From the NCBI GenBank assembly GCA_013265495.1, contig MU058636.1, forward strand, positions 310,001 to 374,000: 64,000 nucleotides of DNA. Reading direction: 5' to 3'. The position numbers and the translations under genes are program-made. The notes under the pieces were generated by a model. It ran no database searches, was not told the DNA's origin, and worked only from the letters and a program-made list of their open reading frames with translations. Source of the DNA: Vicugna vicugna. Its lineage: Eukaryota. This document shows, in pieces, positions 38,610-52,080 of the stretch; position 1 is the stretch's first letter; each line of letters starts with the position of its first letter.

Positions 38610-40560
38610 GTAATCACCGCAGTAAGTCTACCACCCCTCACCTGGTGTACTGACAGTGTTTTCCCTTGTCATGAAAACTTTCAAGATCTGCTCTCTTAGC
38701 AACTTTCAAATGTGCCGCAGTCTTACTGTGGGCCCTGCTGCACTTTACATTAGCAGGACCGCTGTGTTTTATACTTAAGTTTGTACCTTTTGGCCCCCTT
38801 TCCCCGTTTTGCCCACCCCTCCTTTGCCTCCCTACCTCTGACAACCAGTGCCTTGTTGTCTGTATCTATGAGCTTTTTTTGTTTCTTTTGTTTCGTGTTG
38901 TTGTGAGACCCCACGTTGCTGCAGACGGCGATTTCCTTTTTTTATGGACGAGTAATATTCACGTATGTTTGGATCTTGTTTCCTTTGTCCGTTCGTGTGT
39001 CAGTGGACACTTAGGTGACTTCCGTATCTTGGCAGTTGTAAAGAGCACTGCAGTGAACGTGGGGGTACAGGTATCTTTTCGAGATAGCGTTTTTGTTTTC
39101 TTCAGATAGTTACCCAGAGGTGAAATTGTTGGCTCATATGGTAGTTAAATATTTTTAATTTTTTGAGGGACCTCCATACTGTTCTCCACAGTGGCTGCAC
39201 CAATCACATTCCCACCAGCAGTGCAGGAGGCTCCCTCTTCCCCACAGCCTTGCCGACAGTTGTTATTTCTTGTCCTTTTGATAACAGCCATTCTGACAGG
39301 TGTGAGGTGGTGTCTCACTGTGGCTTTGATTTGCCCTCCCTCATGGTCAGTGATACTGGGTACCTTTTCATATGTTTGTCTTCTTTGGAAAAATGTCTGT
39401 TTAGATCTTCTGCCCATTTTTTAATTGAATTTTTTTTCTTTTGCTATTGAGTTGCGTGAGTTCTTTATAGATTTTGGATATTAACCCCTTATCATACATG
39501 ATTTGCAAATATTTTCTGTCAAACGACATATTGCCTGTTCATTTTCTTGCTGGTTTCCTTTGCTGTGCAGAATCTTTTTAATTTTATGTAGTCCCACTTT
39601 TTCATTTTTACTTTTGTTGCCTTTACTTTGGGTGTCAAATCCAAAAAATCATCACCAAGGCCAATGTCAAGAAACTTACCACCAATGTTTTCTTCTAGGT
39701 CTTTATGGTTTTTTGGTCGTACATTGAAATCTTCGACCCAGTTTTAGTTTTTGTACGTGGTGTGAACTAGTGGCCTGGTTTCGTCCTTCTGCGTGTGACC
39801 GGCCAGCTTCCCCAGCACCATTTATTGAAGAGACTGTCCTTTCCCTGTTGCATATTCCTGGGTCTTTGTTGTAAATTAATTGACCGTGTGTGTGTGGCTT
39901 TATTTCTGGACTCTGTTCTGTTCATTGATCTATGTGGTTGTTTTTCTGACGATACTATACAGTTTTGGTTACTTTGTCATGTAGTTTGAAATCAGAGAGC
40001 TTTGTTTTCCAGCTTTGTTGTTAAGATTGCTTTGGCTGTTCAGGGTCTTGTGGGCTTCCATACAAATTTTAAGTATTTTTCCCTACTTTTGTGAACTAGA
40101 CCATTGGAATTTTGTTAGGGATTGCGCTGAATCTGTGGATTCTTTGGGTAGTATGGACAGCGTAACAATATAAATTCTTGCAGTGCATGAGCCTGGGATA
40201 TCTTTATGTTTGTCTCCAGTTTCTTTTATTCTCTCACGGTTTTCAAGATACAAGTCCCTCACCTCCTTGGTTAAGTTCGTTGCTAGGTATTTTATTCTTT
40301 TTGATGCAGTTACAGTGGGATTGTTTTCTTAGTTCCTCTTTGTTAGTTCTCTGTTAGTGTATAGAAATGCAACAGATTTTTGTGTATTGGTTTGTATCTT
40401 CTAACTTTACTGAATGAGGTTAGTAGTTCTGGTGGAGTTAGCAGTTTTCTGGTGGAGTCTCTGAGGTTTTCTACACATAATATCACGTTATCTATGGATA
40501 GTGACAGTTTGACTTCTGCCTTTCTGAGCTGGATGCCTTTTATTTCTTTTTCTTGCCCGA
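38610..40560 (-). mobile_element. L1 (L1MA-like) 3'UTR plus ORF2 C-terminal fragment
   Basis: The minus-strand pseudo-ORF includes RHHLTPVRMAVIK; cagcaccatttattgaagagactgtcc and ggatgccttttatttctttttcttg are recognisable L1 text. Confidence 0.9.
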
Positions 40561-42409
40561 TTATTTTCTTTAATCAGTCATTTAATCCTGTAGATTGTCT
40601 TCATGCATTTCTTTCTTCTGATCTTCTCTGGGAATATTCTTTCGCTTTGATGTAATAACTCAAAAAATAAACATCTTTACTCTGTTTCATTTGGCATTTG
40701 AAGAGCTGCCAGATATTTTGCATTAGGCTAGATGGCACGTATGAGATGTCGAACTTCATGGTAGCTTTTGGGGGGACGGTGTCCTGATGTGGAGGCGATG
40801 ATGTAAATCGGAAGGTGGGGCCCCTCCCGGCGTCCTCTGGTTTTCCGTCTCTTTCCTCGCAGTGGTCACCCATCTCCTTCCCACCACAGACTTTCCCTCT
40901 GGTTTTCCTTTTCTCTCTGTGTAGGCCAGCGTGGCTTCTGTTTTCCAGCATAAACCCCCTGACCTCAAAGGAAGAAATGCTGGCTTAACATACAGCATAA
41001 ATTGGTCTTCTTTCTATGACAGCTTTATACTAATATTTTTATTATTTTGATATTTGAGACAGAGCTTCACATGTGGGGGAAAGAGGTGATATAATATTAC
41101 AGTTCACATGGCAGCCACTGTTTAAGTTTATGGCAAAATCAATGACTTGAGAAAGGGCGCCGCATGCACAGCGCTGAAAGCTTTGTGTTGGCAATGTCGT
41201 CCAAAGAAAGTGGCTCTTACTATTCCGCCGTAGACCTGGACGCCATGCTCATGCTGTTGAGGACACTTCGGTTTTCCTTCCCTGAGCAGGGAAGTGGGAG
41301 AGAAAACCCGGCCTAGGGTTTTTTTGTATGCTTGTCTTCTGGTGTTTTATTTCTAAGTGAATTGAGACCATATGGTCACATAAACCCGAAGCTAGGTGGT
41401 TCAGAGGTTTGATTTCGTGGCCTTGAGATGTTTCTAGTTTTGCCCACAATTAGTGGGAAATAATGTGTTCGTGTAATAACTTACAACTCACACAGACCGA
41501 CCGGTGAAAAAGCCCACTTCAGGTGGCTTTTGTGTCCAAGAGAAGTGGCAGGTCTCCGTACAGACGCTCCTCACAGGAGCCAGAGCCCTTTCCCTTTCTC
41601 TCTGATGACATGTGCTTGGGGTGACGCTTATTTTGCAGGTCAGCTTCCCTGCCAGGATGTCCCAGCCCTAGCCCTCATTTCACAGGCACCAGTGTTCACC
41701 CCTCTTGGATGGAGCTCAGCTCCAGGCCAACAACTTTAAGTGACGGAGCTGTGGTTTGTGTAGTTGGTTGCTGTTAATGTACTCTCAGGAATAGAAAGAT
41801 CTTCCCCATATTCCCTTGAGGGAGAGGCTCTACAGGAAATCTGGAGACAGCCCTTATGTTGATACACATAAAATATGCTTCTTAGGAATCCGTGTTGTGA
41901 CCGTCAGATGAGCAGAGTCACGACTGAGACCCTGAGCTATTTGATTGGCTCACGAACAGGATGTTTGTTCTCTGTGGATAGTGTAGACCTACCGAAGGTG
42001 ACTACATCATTTGCTGAAAAGAAGTCCTTAGAGTTCATTTCTCATGCGTCATTTTAATTTACGAGAGCAGTGGATGCGCCTGGGCCCGACCTGGCATGTT
42101 TTCTGGGGGTTAAGTCTGGTCCAGGGCCTTTGGCTGTGCTGGAGGCCGCAGGCTTCCCGCGAAGGGCCTCTCTTGTTAGAGCTTAATTGCAGCATTTGCA
42201 TCTTGAGTTGTTGACTATGGATTTTTAAACCAAGGACTCAGTGTGATTTGCTTTCCAGTTTCTGATCCAGTAAGCAAACGACTTTTCCCAAGGAGTTGTT
42301 CAGTAAGGGAAAGCCATGTATGTGATTTTTTTTGCCTGGGGAACAGCTAGTCTTCAGAACTTACAATGGCCCCATCCACCTCTGCAAGGATGGAAATACT
42401 CATTTGCTC

Positions 42410-42570
42410 CGTCCAGTGGGGCTCCCTCTGGTCACACTGGCTGGTGCACCTGGGGAACTGAACATTTTATTTTGCTGAGTTTAAGTGTAACTGGCCACGA
42501 GTGGCTGGTAGCTACCTTACTGGACACTGTGGGCTGGTAGCTACCATGTTGGGCACTGTGGATTTAGAAC
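42410..42570. mobile_element. MER3-like MITE with a local duplication
   Basis: ggaactgaac..gccacgagtggctggtagctacc..; ggctggtagctacc occurs twice. Confidence 0.5.
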
Positions 42571-42682
42571 ATTTTTTAAAGACTGAAGACACTTTAGAAT
42601 ATATTTAAGGTACTTTGCAGGGTATCTTTCTATTTTTGGTCCTAAGTTGATTTGAGAAGAGGCTTTTTTAAAAATTTGCATT

Positions 42683-43405
42683 CTTTTTTATTGAAGTACA
42701 GTCAGTTTACAATGTTGTGTCAATTTCTGGTGTACAGCATCATGTTTCAGTCCTACATGTACACACATATCTTCCTTTTCATATTCTTTATATCATTATA
42801 GGCTATTACAAGACACTGGATACAGTTCCCTGTGCTGTACAGTAGGACCTTGTTTCCCTATTTTATATATAGTACTTTGCATCTGCTAATCTCGAACTCG
42901 CAATTTATCCCTTCCCACCCTCTTTCCCACTGGTAACTATAAGCTTGTTTTCTATGTCTGTGAGTCTGTTTCTGTTTTGTAAATAAGTTCATTTATGTCT
43001 CTTTTAGATTAGATACATATGGTACAAGTGATATATGGTATTTTTCTTTCTCTTTCTGGCTTACTTCACTTAGAATGACGATCTCCAGGTCCATCTATGT
43101 TGCTGCAAATGGCATTATTTCATTCCTTTTTATGGCTGAGTTGTATTCCATTGTATAAATATACCACATCTTCTTTATCCAGTCATCTGTCGATGGACAT
43201 TTAGGGTGCTTCCTTGTCTTGGCTGTTGTAAATAGTGCTGCTGTGAACATTGGGGAGCAAGTATATTTTAGAGCTAGAGTTCCCTCTGGATATATGCCCA
43301 GGTGTAGGATTGCTGGATCATAGGGTAAGTCTATTTTCAATTTTCTGAGGAATCTCCGTACTGTTTTCCATAGTGGCTGCACCAAACTACATTCCTACCG
43401 GCAGA
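42683..43405 (-). mobile_element. L1 3' end including the ORF2 C-terminus
   Basis: Track ORF 43095-43385 ([32 protein letters not shown]) is the L1 ORF2p C-terminus. Confidence 0.92.
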
Positions 43406-45719
43406 GTCAGAGGGTTATTAGTGATCATGGTGATGATGTTGTGGCCAATTGATGTAAGTGTGTCTCTGGGAAAAGTTCCACATCCCAGGAGTTTAGGTGT
43501 GGGGTAAATTGCATGTAACGTAGCGCTAGCTAAATCAAGACCATAGTGGAACAGTACCTCGCAATTTTTTTTTGTTGATGGAAAAACCACTTGGATATTA
43601 AAAGTGTTAGAGAAAAAACAAAGAACTTTAATACTGTCTCTAAAAATCTGCAAAACTTCACCAGAAAATGTAAGATTTAAAGTAGATTAACTCAGTCAGA
43701 CTTGACAGAAGCAGGAGCTGCCTCTGCTTTTGGCTCTTGCTGTTTCAGGAGATGGCGTCTCCAAGTGAGTTGTCAGAAAAGCTGTCAGGTTTCCCTGGGG
43801 ACCTTGCTGCAGCCGGGAACTGTGTGCCTGATGGAGTCGGCATCAAATAAATTGGACTCATGAATATTAATAATTTCTTAAAAGTAAATACCTAGCAACT
43901 CTAAGTCTCTAGCCCTTTAAAATGGCGACATTCTGCTTTAACTGCGGTAAACGCTGTGAGGGTGTGTGTGTTCAGTTCACCAGCCCCATAAAGTGATCAT
44001 TCAGAAAGAAAATTCCGACAAGTCATAAACTCAAGCTAAATCGAAACTATAAAAAAATTTCAAATTTTAATGAGAAGTAGTGTGGCTTAAGGCTTTTCAA
44101 TTATGACCACAGTAATCTCTTCAGACTCTCCTAGGAAGTTTGAAGTGCTCAGGTTTTCTTTTAAATTCTCCTGCCCCGACAGTGACACTGAAAAGAAGTC
44201 CTTGTTTTATTTGTGTTTGCCACCGCCACCTGGGGTGGTGCTTTTTGTTTTTAATGGAAAACATTTGAGAGAAGATGTGTACCAAGCGTTTCTTCCATTT
44301 GCCCTTTCTGTGTCTATTCAGACTGATTCAGAACTGCAGTTTTAACTCTTTGGTCTCCGACCACCAGAGGTCCCCTGGGGAGGGGAGTGGGGTTCGGGCT
44401 CTGAGGATTAACCTCCTTGACGCTGCCGCTGCCGGTGGTGTGTTTGGTAAGCCACAAACACAGGAAACACAATTACTAGGTCATTAACAAGCACTTTTTT
44501 TTTTTAAGAGAAGGGCCAAAACATCTGAAATTGCTCTGAGGAATGTTCCTTCTAATTTAAAAAAGTACTAGGAGCAAAACTAGGAGGAAGGTGAATTTGC
44601 ATTGACGTGCAGGTGCTGGTTCTGTGTGACAAGCATGGCGCGTGTGTGTGCGCTGGGGGCAGAGCGGGGTGTTGCTCTGAGCTGAGGAGTTCAGTCCAAG
44701 GGAGGGGGACCCACCTAACATTTTAAAAAGGCAAACTCATCAGCAGACATACAGAGGGCTGTGTAAATAAGTGGGGGCAGGAGCCGGCCCAAACTGGGGA
44801 AGGTAAAGCCAGGGAAAACGCGTTGGAGAGAAAGCACAGGGGAGGGAATGAGGCGTGAGACACTCTTCCTTACAGGAAGTTGCCACAGTGTGGGGAGTGT
44901 TCTGCTCCGTGTTTGTACTGCAGGCTGAGAGTTGGTGTCCCAGGAGAGAGGGTCATTGTGCTAAGTGGATCTGTGGATGCCACATCCACAAGAAACCCCC
45001 TGAAATTGGTTTAATCCAGGGTTTTGCAAACTCAGTTGAGCGTGGAATCCTTGCAATACTGCACAGTCATTTCTGTTCCATGGTTCGAGGAGGGCTGTCT
45101 GCTGGAGGCGTGAGGGCCTGGACAGCTGGCTGGGGCCGGACGCTGGAAAGAAGCCTGTAGGCCGTGCTCTGCCAGTTTGCTTTCTCTGAAATGGGAAGAA
45201 AACACTGATTTTGCATGTAGCACAGGAATATTGAAGATAACAGGTAACGTTACTAGAATTTTTGAGTGGAAGGACATGGTGTGGACCAGTTACGGCTATT
45301 GTGTAATGCCTGGTCTCGGTTATTCAGGGCGCCCCTGCTGTGTGAACTAACACGTAGCCTAGTTCAGGGTTTCTCTGCAGAGCAATTGCTGTGGGTCAGA
45401 CTCCGCCCAGAGCAGCAGAAGCCGTCATGAGAAATGCTTGTCTTTCGCCTTTTAGTAGTGTTTCCCTTTTGAGGTTCATGGTTTGGTTCTTCTGTTCTTT
45501 CACTTTGAACCGATCGCATCATCTTCTTAAGAATTTCCATTTTATGGCTTGGAGTCTGGACTCCAGGGAAGCCTTGGGAACCGTCAGGTGTCTGAACGTG
45601 TGGGACCGCGTGGCCCAGCTGCTGGCGCGATGTGCAGACCGTTGTAGCTGGTTGAATGGCTGAATGGCCACTTCAGCAGACAGTTATTTGGCTTCCTTTA
45701 AAGATCCCCAAGTTGTATT

Positions 45720-46130
45720 ACTTGAAAAACATACAAAATTTGCAAGTTTACCGTATAGGCAGGTACACGTGGGGAGTTACCGATGTCCTGATGTCCGAAG
45801 CACAGAAACGAGCACACGTTCTCCTCCCCTGGCCAATAGGGGTGACTGCACTGCTTTACCTGGTGGAGCCTTACTTTGGTCTTCCCACATTCTAGATAAA
45901 TGACCAAGGGCCCCCCCATCACAGATTTGCCCCTGTTTCCTGACAGCTTCCAATCCAGGGCAAAATCAGTCATCCCCGAATCACCTAATAGAAACCGAAT
46001 CTCTAACAAGCCCCTACAGTGCCTGGCAGTTCCCATCACCTCTGGTCCCCCAGCTCCCCGAGCTGGTCCAGTCTGTCCTGGTGGCCTGCGGTTGCAGCGT
46101 GTGGATACCCATGTAAGAGTCAATGGTATT
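45720..46130 (+). mobile_element. Old ERV1-like LTR remnant
   Basis: ttctagataa..cctgacagcttccaatccagggcaaa..aatcacctaa resembles ancient ERV1 LTRs; boundaries uncertain. Confidence 0.4.
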
Positions 46131-49021
46131 GTTATGTAGTTAGTCACTTACTTTTGGTACTTGTGAAAAATTGAAGGCAGGAGATATTATAGGGGGAAAG
46201 TCTACAAAGGAAGGTTAGTGGTCAAAACTGAATGAATGATCCATTTCAATAAAGGCAGCTTCACAAGCGGTCTCCCCGACCAGGTTGTGGGACCCGGGTG
46301 GGGGCTTCAGCATCTGGGAAAACCAGTGTGTGTGGTGGTGGGGGGCAGGTTGGCTGCCGCAGGGCAGTTCTCAGGAGCAGATGACCCTGGGAAACCCAGG
46401 GAGAAAATGACTTTCCAAAAGCGATAGATTGTGCTGATTACGACCAGAGCGGGTTTCAGCCTGCTGCCCAGGTCTGGAACTTGAGACCAGTTAAGATCAA
46501 CAAGCATTTTGCGGTCAAGTTTCATTTAATTAGAGTTTGCTGCCAAGCCATGGTTTGGAGGCTGACTTGCACGCCAGGTGCCTTTCAACGGTCGCCTGTC
46601 TGAGCTGGGGAGGACCTATGGGGCCTGCTGCCTTGTCTGCAGCCCAGCGTGCTGCTAGACCCAGTGTCAGTGCCGGGGGGCTCACCCTGGGGCCCGCCCT
46701 GTGCACCGCTGGGCGGGGCTGCTTTGCAGCTGATGCACGAAGACAAATCCAAGCCCGAAAGGTGGTAGAAATAGGGAAGCAGTTTGGCAGGTTTTTTCCA
46801 AAAGCCAGAGAAAAGCATTTTTTAGTCCTTTATCAGTTTTTTTTTAATTTAATGTAGGCTGACTTTTATTTTTCCAGGCCTCTTTTCTAGGAAACAGGCA
46901 GGGTCCTCTCAGGCACTAGCAAGCTCCCTTTGTGAGGCAAACGCAGCGCTTTCCTCACCAGCTGTATTATGTCATCGAATTAATAATGTTGTAAAGACTA
47001 GATCAGAAGTCAGGTTGGCAGCTGTGCCTTTGGGGAAATTTTTGGAAGAGTGACCTTCCATTTTTAATAAGCATGTTATTACATTTAGAATTAAGTTATG
47101 GAGAGCCAAGCTACCCTCTTGAATTTGCTATTAGCCATTTTTTCCCTTTTATTTTTAATGAACTAGAAGTGGTCGAAGCCAGTTGTTGTTACCAGGGTGC
47201 GGGAAGAAAGGAGCTCAGTATTTTTACTGTCAGGCCCTTTATTTTAGACAACTTTAACTCTTCCAAATGTTCAGCTTTTAAAAGTCTTCTGTGAAAAAAA
47301 TACCCATTTCTCTTCTCCCCTTGTAATTAACATGGGTGGGAGAGCCCACGTTGACCCTTTCCCCACATTTACGTCTCAGTGCCATCCTCTTGTTGGCGCT
47401 TTTTCTTCCCTAAAGCGGAACACACCCTGTTCATTGAAATCTTGCTGTGATTCTAAAATTCATGTGGAAAATAAATGGGCCGGAAAGTCCAGTGGTATAT
47501 TCTGAAACAGCAGATCTGGGGAGAGGGCTTGACCTGTAAGTACCAGAGCCCAAGTCCCTGCAGTGATCCTTCAGAGCGTGGAGCGAGGGGCACGGGGTAA
47601 CAAGCCCGGGGGCGGTCGAGAAGTAGCCAGCCAGCCAGCTGGATCTATTCTAGTATCAAATCATACTCCCAAATAAGACGTAAGAGCTTTTTGTGAATGA
47701 TGTTGGCATAAAAAACAGCAGCTTGGAGCCAAAAATCTAGATCCCGCACTATCAACTAAAACAGACCAACAAAGGATGCCCCCAGGTTATGTAACGATGA
47801 CAAATTGTCAGACCGCCGGACACGTCATAGAAAATAAAGAGACTGTGCTCAGATGTGAAGCAATAAACCAAGTCCCACATCGAGTACTAGTCCCTTATTA
47901 AACAAGGTAGTCAGGTAGTCTTTGGTTTCTGGCACCTAACACACCCGCTTAGTAAAAGCCCACACATTCGCTCAGGCAGGTTAATGAGCGCTGTACACGA
48001 GGGGCCGCTGTCTGAGCTAGCCTGTGAGGGTGCACAAGAAAAGAGACAAATGCTTTAAAATGTGCTCGGGTGGTTACATGGTGGGTAATTTAAGACACCC
48101 CCCCCCCTGCTGCTGTGCATATTTTTTTAGCAAATTGGGAGAGAGTAAACTTAACAATATATGATTATACATGCCTTTTAGCTTGTTAGGTCTTTGGCAG
48201 CTGGAGGTGGGGTGCTTGTAGTGTATTTCTCAGGTTGATGATTAGGGCAGGATTTGCTGAGGGCTGACCACATGCTCAGTGGTTTTAAAATGATCACCGT
48301 TGCTTGCAGCAACTGTATGAAGTGTATTGCATTTCTGAATTTGCGTTTACAATAAATCCGTAAGCAGAGCTGATTTGTATCTGTGCAGGCACTGGGGTCT
48401 GAGGAAGACAGTTAAATGGTATGAATGTGTGGTATTTAGATTCCTCTCCTGGACTGTAAGTGTGCAACTGTCTTTAGGCTGCAAATGTCCCTTGAAACTA
48501 TTAGCTGGGGGATCTAAGAAGATGCCCTTGAAAAGCTTAAAGAAACCTGGGTCTGCTGAAGGGTCTTCTGAGACCTGGAACATTTGCCTGCAGCATCCTG
48601 TTACAATGCAGAAGAAAGCCCTTGTATGTAGGTATCAGCTCATTTCCAAGCACCATGTCGGAGAACTGATGGCAGCAGCGCACATACAAAGGAAAGAGAT
48701 CAGAGCAGGTCAGAGCGAGGGGGTACACGTTTCACCACCCGCCCTGCCTGTACTCCGTGCTGGGATCATCAGCGGTCACCCCAGTGAACGGGTTCCAGCT
48801 ATGGAATGGGATGTGGTGGCTCCGTCTGCCCTGCTGAGAAAAGTGAGGCTCGGAGAAGGTGAGTGTCTCAGCCAGGATACACACGCAGTTGATGGCAGGT
48901 GCACATCATTCCGTCTGGAGTGACTCCAAAGTTGGTGAAGCCCCCAGATGTGCAAGTTTAATAAAATTCAACTAATGCGTCTACAAGTGAGTTCAGTGCT
49001 ACCGTGACTTCTGCATCAGTA

Positions 49022-50654
49022 TTTTTTTTTACTGAAGTACAGTTGATGTATAATATCACACAAGTTACAGGTGGACGATACAGTGATTCACGGGTTTTAA
49101 AGGTCATACTCCACTTGTAGTTATTATAAAATATTGGCTATATTCCCCGTGTTGTACAATATACACTTTGTAGCTTATTTTATATTTTAGTAGTTGGTAC
49201 CTCTGACTCCTCTCCCCCTATATTGCTCCTCCCCCACTTCCCTCCCCCACCCCATAACCACTAGCTTGTTCTCTGTATCCGTGAATCTGCTGCTGCTTTG
49301 TTATATTTTCTAGTTTGTTGTATTTCTTAGATTCCATATACAAGTGATATCATGTAGTATTTGTCATTCTCTGACGTATTTCACTTAGCATAATACCCTC
49401 CAAGTGCATCCACATTGTTGCAAATGGCAAAATTTTGTTCTTTTTTTATGGCTGAGTAGTATTCTGTTGTGTATATGTGTACCACATCTTTTTTATCCAT
49501 TCATCTGTCGATGGACACTTAGGTTTCTTCCATACCGTGGTCATTGTAAATAATGCTGCTATGAACATTAGAGTGCATGTTTACGTTTTCAAATTAGTGT
49601 TTTGCAGCTTTTTTGGATATATACCCATGGGTGGAATTGCTGGGCCATATGGTACTTTTATTCTTTTCTTTTCTTTCTTTCTTTTTTTTTTAGGAACCTC
49701 CATACTGTTTTCCACAGCGGCTGCACCAATTTACATTCCCACCAGCAGTGCACGAGGGTTTCCTTTTTTCCACTTCCTTGCCAACATTTGTTATTTGTGT
49801 TCTTTTCGTTAATAGCTGTTCTGACATGTGTGAGGTGATATCTCATTATGGTTTGATTTACATTTCCCTGATAGTTAGTGATGTTGAGCATCTTTTCATG
49901 TGCCTGTTGGCTATCTGCATACCCTCTTTGGAAAAATGTCTAGTCAGGTCTTCTGTCCATTTTTCAATCTGTTTTTTTTTTTGTTTTTTTGACCTTGAGT
50001 TGTATGAGCTGTTTAAGATTTTGGTCATATCATTTGCAGGTATCTTCTCAATTTCAGTAGATTCTCTTTTCATTTTGTCAATGGTTTCCTTTGCTGTGCA
50101 AAAACTTTTAAGTTTACTTAGGTCCCATTTGTTTATTTTTGCTTTTATTTCCTTTTCTATGGGAGATGGATCCAAAAAAAAATTGCTATGATTTATGTCA
50201 AAGCATGTTCTGCCTATGTTTTCCTATAGGAATTTTATGGTTTCCAGTCTTACATTTAGATTTTTAATCCATTTTGAGTTTATTTTTGTATATGATGTTA
50301 GACAGTGTTCTAATTTCATTCTTTTACATGTTGGGGACCAGTTTTCCCAGCACTTATTGAAGAGACTGTCTTTTCTCCATTGTATATTCTTGCCTCTTTT
50401 GTCATGGATTAATTGACCATAAGTGCGTGGGTTTATTTCTGAACTTTCTATCCTGTTCCATTGATCTGTGTGTCTGTTTTTGTGCCAGTACCATACTGTT
50501 TTGATGATGGTAGCCTTGTAGTATAGTCTGAAGTCAGAGAGTGTGATTCCTCCAGCTCCATTCTTCTTTCTCAAGATTGTTTTGGCTATTCGGGATCTTT
50601 TGTGTTTTCATACATATTTTAAAATTATTTGTTCTCATTCTGTGAAAAATGCCA
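49022..50654 (-). mobile_element. L1 3'UTR plus ORF2 C-terminal region (antisense)
   Basis: Track ORFs [32 protein letters not shown].. and [19 protein letters not shown] are L1 ORF2p; frameshifted. Confidence 0.93.
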
Positions 50655-50717
50655 ATACAAATTGAAGACTAAAAACCATATATATGTTTTTCTATAACCC
50701 TAACCCTAAACCCTAAC

Positions 50718-51042
50718 TTTGGCAACCATCAGCCTGTTCTCTTCATCTGTGATCTTAGGTTTTTGTTTTCAGATTCCACGTGTGAATAATACTATACTTG
50801 TCTTTCTCTGTGTGACTTATTTTACTTCATGTAATGCCCTCAAGATCCATCCATGTCTTCACAAATGGCAGGATTTTATTCCTTTTTATGGCTGAGCAGT
50901 ATTCCCCTGTCCATCTTCTTTATTCATTCATCCACTGATGGACACTTAGATTGATTCCATTTCTTGGCTATTGTGAATAATGCTGCAGGGAGCACAGAGA
51001 TGCAGGTATCTTTTCAAGGTAGTGTTTTCATTTTCTTCAGAT
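50718..51042 (-). mobile_element. L1MA-like 3' fragment
   Basis: ggcaaccatc..agattccacgtg..tttttatggctgag..gatggacacttag. Confidence 0.8.
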
Positions 51043-51073
51043 AATGAAATAATAGCCTTTTTGACTTCCTCCT

Positions 51074-52075
51074 TGCTATGGTCAGGATGTTTGTATCACC
51101 CAAATTCATATGTTGAATTTTTTTTTTTTACGAAATTAAAAAGTGATAATTTTATGTAGTTATATTAAATCATATGTATACTGATAAATTGAAATTCCAG
51201 TAAATAATATACAAGTCCCTTGTAGCCTCCCACCATATCCCATTTCTCACCTGGTGTTCTCTTAATCTTTCAGCTACAGAGCCACTCATCCAAAAACACT
51301 TTCACCTTGATTCATTTTTAAAGAGAGAAAGTGGCCTCCTGTTTGAGGCAGACATATAATAGGGGGAGGCCATTTTGACATTAGCTACTGTCTTCTCTGA
51401 CCATTAGAATTCTTTTTTTTTNNNNNNNNNNNNNNNNNNNNNNNNNNNNNNNNNNNNNNNNNNNNNNNNNNNNNNNNNNNNNNNNNNNNNNNNNNNNNNN
51501 NNNNNNNNNNNNNNNNNNNNNNNNNNNNNNNNNNNNNNNNNNNNNNNNNNNNNNNNNNNNNNNNNNNNNNNNNNNNNNNNNNNNNNNNNNNNNNNNNNNN
51601 NNNNNNNNNNNNNNNNNNNNNNNNNNNNNNNNNNNNNNNNNNNNNNNNNNNNNNNNNNNNNNNNNNNNNNNNNNNNNNNNNNNNNNNNNCGTTATGTTGT
51701 TTTATGGCTGAGTAGTATTCCATTGTATAAATATACCACATCTTCTTTATCCAGTCACCTATTGATGGACATTTAGGCTGTTTCCATATGTTGAAGTTTT
51801 AATTCCTAAGGTGATGATATTAGAAGGTGGGGCCTTTGGAAGATGGGTAGCTTGGATTAATGATCATATAAAAGAGGCCCCATGGTGCTCCCTGGCCCCT
51901 GCACCATGTGAGGACATAGGAGACCTCTGCAACCTGAAAGAAGGCCCCCACCCAACAAGGCTGGAGCCCTGATCTTGGACTTCCAGCCTCCAGAACTATG
52001 AGAAATAAATTTCTGTGGTTTATAAGCCACCCAGTCTGTGGTATCTTGTTACAGCAGCCTGAACAGACTGAGACA
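51074..52075 (+). mobile_element. MLT1A-like MaLR solo LTR, interrupted by an L1-mediated insertion
   Basis: TGCTATGG...GAGACA termini with a 5-bp TSD CTCCT (51069-51073 and 52076-52080); ggacttccagcctccagaactatgagaaataaatttctg. Confidence 0.88.
51422..51689. other. Assembly gap (268 N)
   Basis: Run of N. Confidence 1.
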
Positions 52076-52080
52076 CTCCT

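Noticed and set aside
49658..50574. L1 ORF2-like ORFs as an active retrotransposon
   Set aside because: Only the C-terminal part is present, broken by frameshifts, with no 5'UTR, ORF1, endonuclease or RT core.
51385..51741. 118-aa ORF in the track
   Set aside because: Artefact of translating through the N gap.
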